A stretch of DNA of 64,000 nucleotides from an uncultured Verrucomicrobiae bacterium (GTDB lineage: Bacteria > Verrucomicrobiota > Verrucomicrobiia > Chthoniobacterales > UBA10450): NCBI GenBank assembly GCA_963801815.1, contig CAWDGJ010000002.1:640001-704000 (forward strand), read 5' to 3'. The number at the start of each line of letters is the position of its first letter. Position 1 is the stretch's first letter. Both the position numbers and the translations under genes were made by a program. Shown piece after piece: positions 61,933-64,000 of this stretch. Below the pieces are notes generated by a model that did not search any database, was not told the DNA's origin, and worked only from the letters and a program-made list of their open reading frames with translations.

Positions 61933-61993
61933 ACGAATTGTAGCTAACCCACAGCGTCTGTCCAACGTTGTAGGTGAGGTTTGGCCACGTTGG

Positions 61994-64000
61994 CTAGCTG
62001 CAGCCCTGGCTGGTGCCGCACTCCGTGCAAACGCCACAGGCGCCGGCCCGGATCACTTTGTCGCTGCCGCAGTGGGAGCAGACGATGTCCATGAACATGT
62101 TCCCGAGTGCTTCCTGCACGCGGTCGGCATGGCTGTGGCCGTTCCCCGCGATCTGTCCCGCCATGGCGGGACCGTCGTTCGGAATATGATTCGTGATCAC
62201 GTCGAGAATTTCCTTTTCGCCAGTCCGCGCGAGATCAGAAACAGGGCGATTGAGCGCCTTCTTTTCCATCTCCGGAATTTCTTTCATCGGCAGCTCGCCT
62301 TGGCCGCGATTCGGTGAAGTCGCTTCCTTGTAACCTTTGATGAACTGGCAAGCCAGCCAGCGGAACACGTAGTCGGTGATGCTGGTCGCGTTGCGGATGT
62401 CAGGATTCTTGGTGAACCCGCTCGGCTCGAATCGTTGATAGGCGAACTTTTTGACGAGCGATTCCAGGGGCACGCCGTATTGGAGCGCGATCGAGGTGAG
62501 CGTTCCGACGGTGTCCATCAAGCCGCCGATCGTGCTGCCTTCCTTCGACATGGTGATAAACAGCTCACCCGGTTGGCCGTCTTCATACAAACCGACCGTG
62601 ATGTAGCCTTCGTGGCCCGCGATCTCGAACCGATGGGTCAACGACATCCGCGTGTCGGGCATTCGATGTCGAATTGGTTTGTCGACCTTGTCGCGCATTT
62701 CTCGAAGTTCGTCTTCGAGCTCAAGGATTCGTTTTTGGAAATCTTCCCGATCGACCGTGACGTCAAGCGCCACATCGATGTCTTCGGTGGTGCCGCCCAT
62801 GTCGCGGGTCTTTCGCGTGTTCAACGGAGCGGAGCGTTTCGAGCCTTCGCGATAAATAGCGATCGATTTCAATCCGAGTCGCCAGCCTTCAATGTAGCTG
62901 TTCGTGATGTCGTCAACCGTTGCGGCTTCGGGCAGGTTCACTGTTTTCGAAATCGCGCCGCTCAAGAACGGTTGCGCTGCAGCCATCATCCGCAGGTGCG
63001 CCATATAATTAAGAGAGCGTTCACCTTTGAATGGTTTGAACGCGCAATCGAAGATCGGCAAATGCTCCGGCTTCAATCCGGACGCAATGGTCGTTCCGTC
63101 GGAATCGATCACGTCCTCAATCGTATCGAGCGCGTCGATGTGCGCGATGATCCGGTCGATCTCCTCCGAATTGTAACCAAGTTTTTCCAGCGCGGGCTTG
63201 ACGGTTTGGTTCACGATTTTCAACATTCCGCCACCGGCGAGCAGTTTGTATTTCACTAACGCGATGTCCGGTTCGATTCCGGTCGTATCGCAATCCATCA
63301 GGAAACTGATCGTTCCAGTCGGTGCTAGCACCGTGACCTGGGCGTTGCGATAACCGTGACGTTTGCCAAGTTTCGCGGCGCGGTCCCATGTTTTCGCCGC
63401 CTCCTTCTTTAGATAAGCGAATTCGTCGATATCTGGAATCTCGTTCACTGCGCACTCGTGCAGATCGATCACTTCGAGCATCGACGCGACATTGCTTTTC
63501 GCGACCGGCTTGGGAACGCCGCTGCAGCGCGCCTCTTTGTAGCCCGGGAATGGGCCAAGCGCCTCGGCCATGCGGGCGCTCTGTTCGTAAGCTTCGCCAG
63601 TCATGATCGACGTGACGGCGCCGCAAAGCGCGCGGCCTTCCGTGCTGTCGTATCCGTAACCGTAGCTCATGATCAACGAACCGAGATTTGCGTAACCCAG
63701 TCCGAGCGTGCGGAAAATGTGTGAGTTCTCCGCGATCTCCTTGATCGGATAACTGGCGTTGTCGACCACGATTTCCTGCGCGGTGATGAAAACGCGAACT
63801 GCGGCCTTGAAACGTTCAACATCGAACGTGCCCTCGGCGGTCTTGAACTTCATCAGGTTCAGCGACGCGAGATTGCAGGCCGTGTTGTCGAGAAAGAGAT
63901 ATTCGCTGCACGGATTGGTGGAGTTTTGGCGACCGGTGCCTTTGCAGGTATGCCATTTATGAATCGTGGTATCGAATTGCATTCCGGGATCGCCGCAAAT
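61994..64000 (-). CDS. nrdJ: Class II (B12-dependent) ribonucleotide reductase, 3' part
   Basis: TNPCSE, CNLASLNL, APTGTIS, SGAISKTVN, C-terminal TSCPD-like domain and CxxC zinc ribbon. Confidence 0.95.
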   Translation of the reverse strand: MCGDPGMQFDTTIHKWHTCKGTGRQNSTNPCSEYLFLDNTACNLASLNLMKFKTAEGTFDVERFKAAVRVFITAQEIVVDNASYPIKEIAENSHIFRTLGLGYANLGSLIMSYGYGYDSTEGRALCGAVTSIMTGEAYEQSARMAEALGPFPGYKEARCSGVPKPVAKSNVASMLEVIDLHECAVNEIPDIDEFAYLKKEAAKTWDRAAKLGKRHGYRNAQVTVLAPTGTISFLMDCDTTGIEPDIALVKYKLLAGGGMLKIVNQTVKPALEKLGYNSEEIDRIIAHIDALDTIEDVIDSDGTTIASGLKPEHLPIFDCAFKPFKGERSLNYMAHLRMMAAAQPFLSGAISKTVNLPEAATVDDITNSYIEGWRLGLKSIAIYREGSKRSAPLNTRKTRDMGGTTEDIDVALDVTVDREDFQKRILELEDELREMRDKVDKPIRHRMPDTRMSLTHRFEIAGHEGYITVGLYEDGQPGELFITMSKEGSTIGGLMDTVGTLTSIALQYGVPLESLVKKFAYQRFEPSGFTKNPDIRNATSITDYVFRWLACQFIKGYKEATSPNRGQGELPMKEIPEMEKKALNRPVSDLARTGEKEILDVITNHIPNDGPAMAGQIAGNGHSHADRVQEALGNMFMDIVCSHCGSDKVIRAGACGVCTECGTSQGCS

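Noticed and set aside
61994..64000. Intein or intron in nrdJ
   Set aside because: Visible part is colinear with class II RNR motifs; no splicing motifs or large insertion

Overview
Bacterial chromosomal window. Gene content (fused double-length UvrA plus canonical UvrA, heptamer inverted-repeat arrays, GT-C/TPR clusters, short pilin) suggests a soil Verrucomicrobiota/Chthoniobacterales-like genome; this is inference, no search was run. Mostly housekeeping genes: gatC-gatA, tRNA-Thr(CGT), trpC, thiD, rnc, purD, tonB/exbB/exbD, lgt, GTP-PEPCK, mazG, secG, panE, acyl-CoA dehydrogenase and a partial nrdJ. Three regions stand out. (1) A ~15 kb phosphate/polyphosphate cluster (porin, PlcP/LpxH-like phosphoesterase, small membrane protein, CYTH, CHAD, sixA, ROK kinase, ppk1, phoU, pstBACS, phoR, phoB, stand-alone H-box protein) with three visible 11-bp-periodic Pho-box-like sites. 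(2) A type IV pilin gene with a sigma54-like promoter surrounded by four GT-C-type membrane glycosyltransferases and a GT2-methyltransferase fusion. (3) A tandem UvrA gene carrying at least five different palindromic or heptamer DNA repeats translated in-frame. Many conserved genes carry single-base indels that most likely reflect long-read consensus errors. No CRISPR array, rRNA, transposase or integrase was seen.
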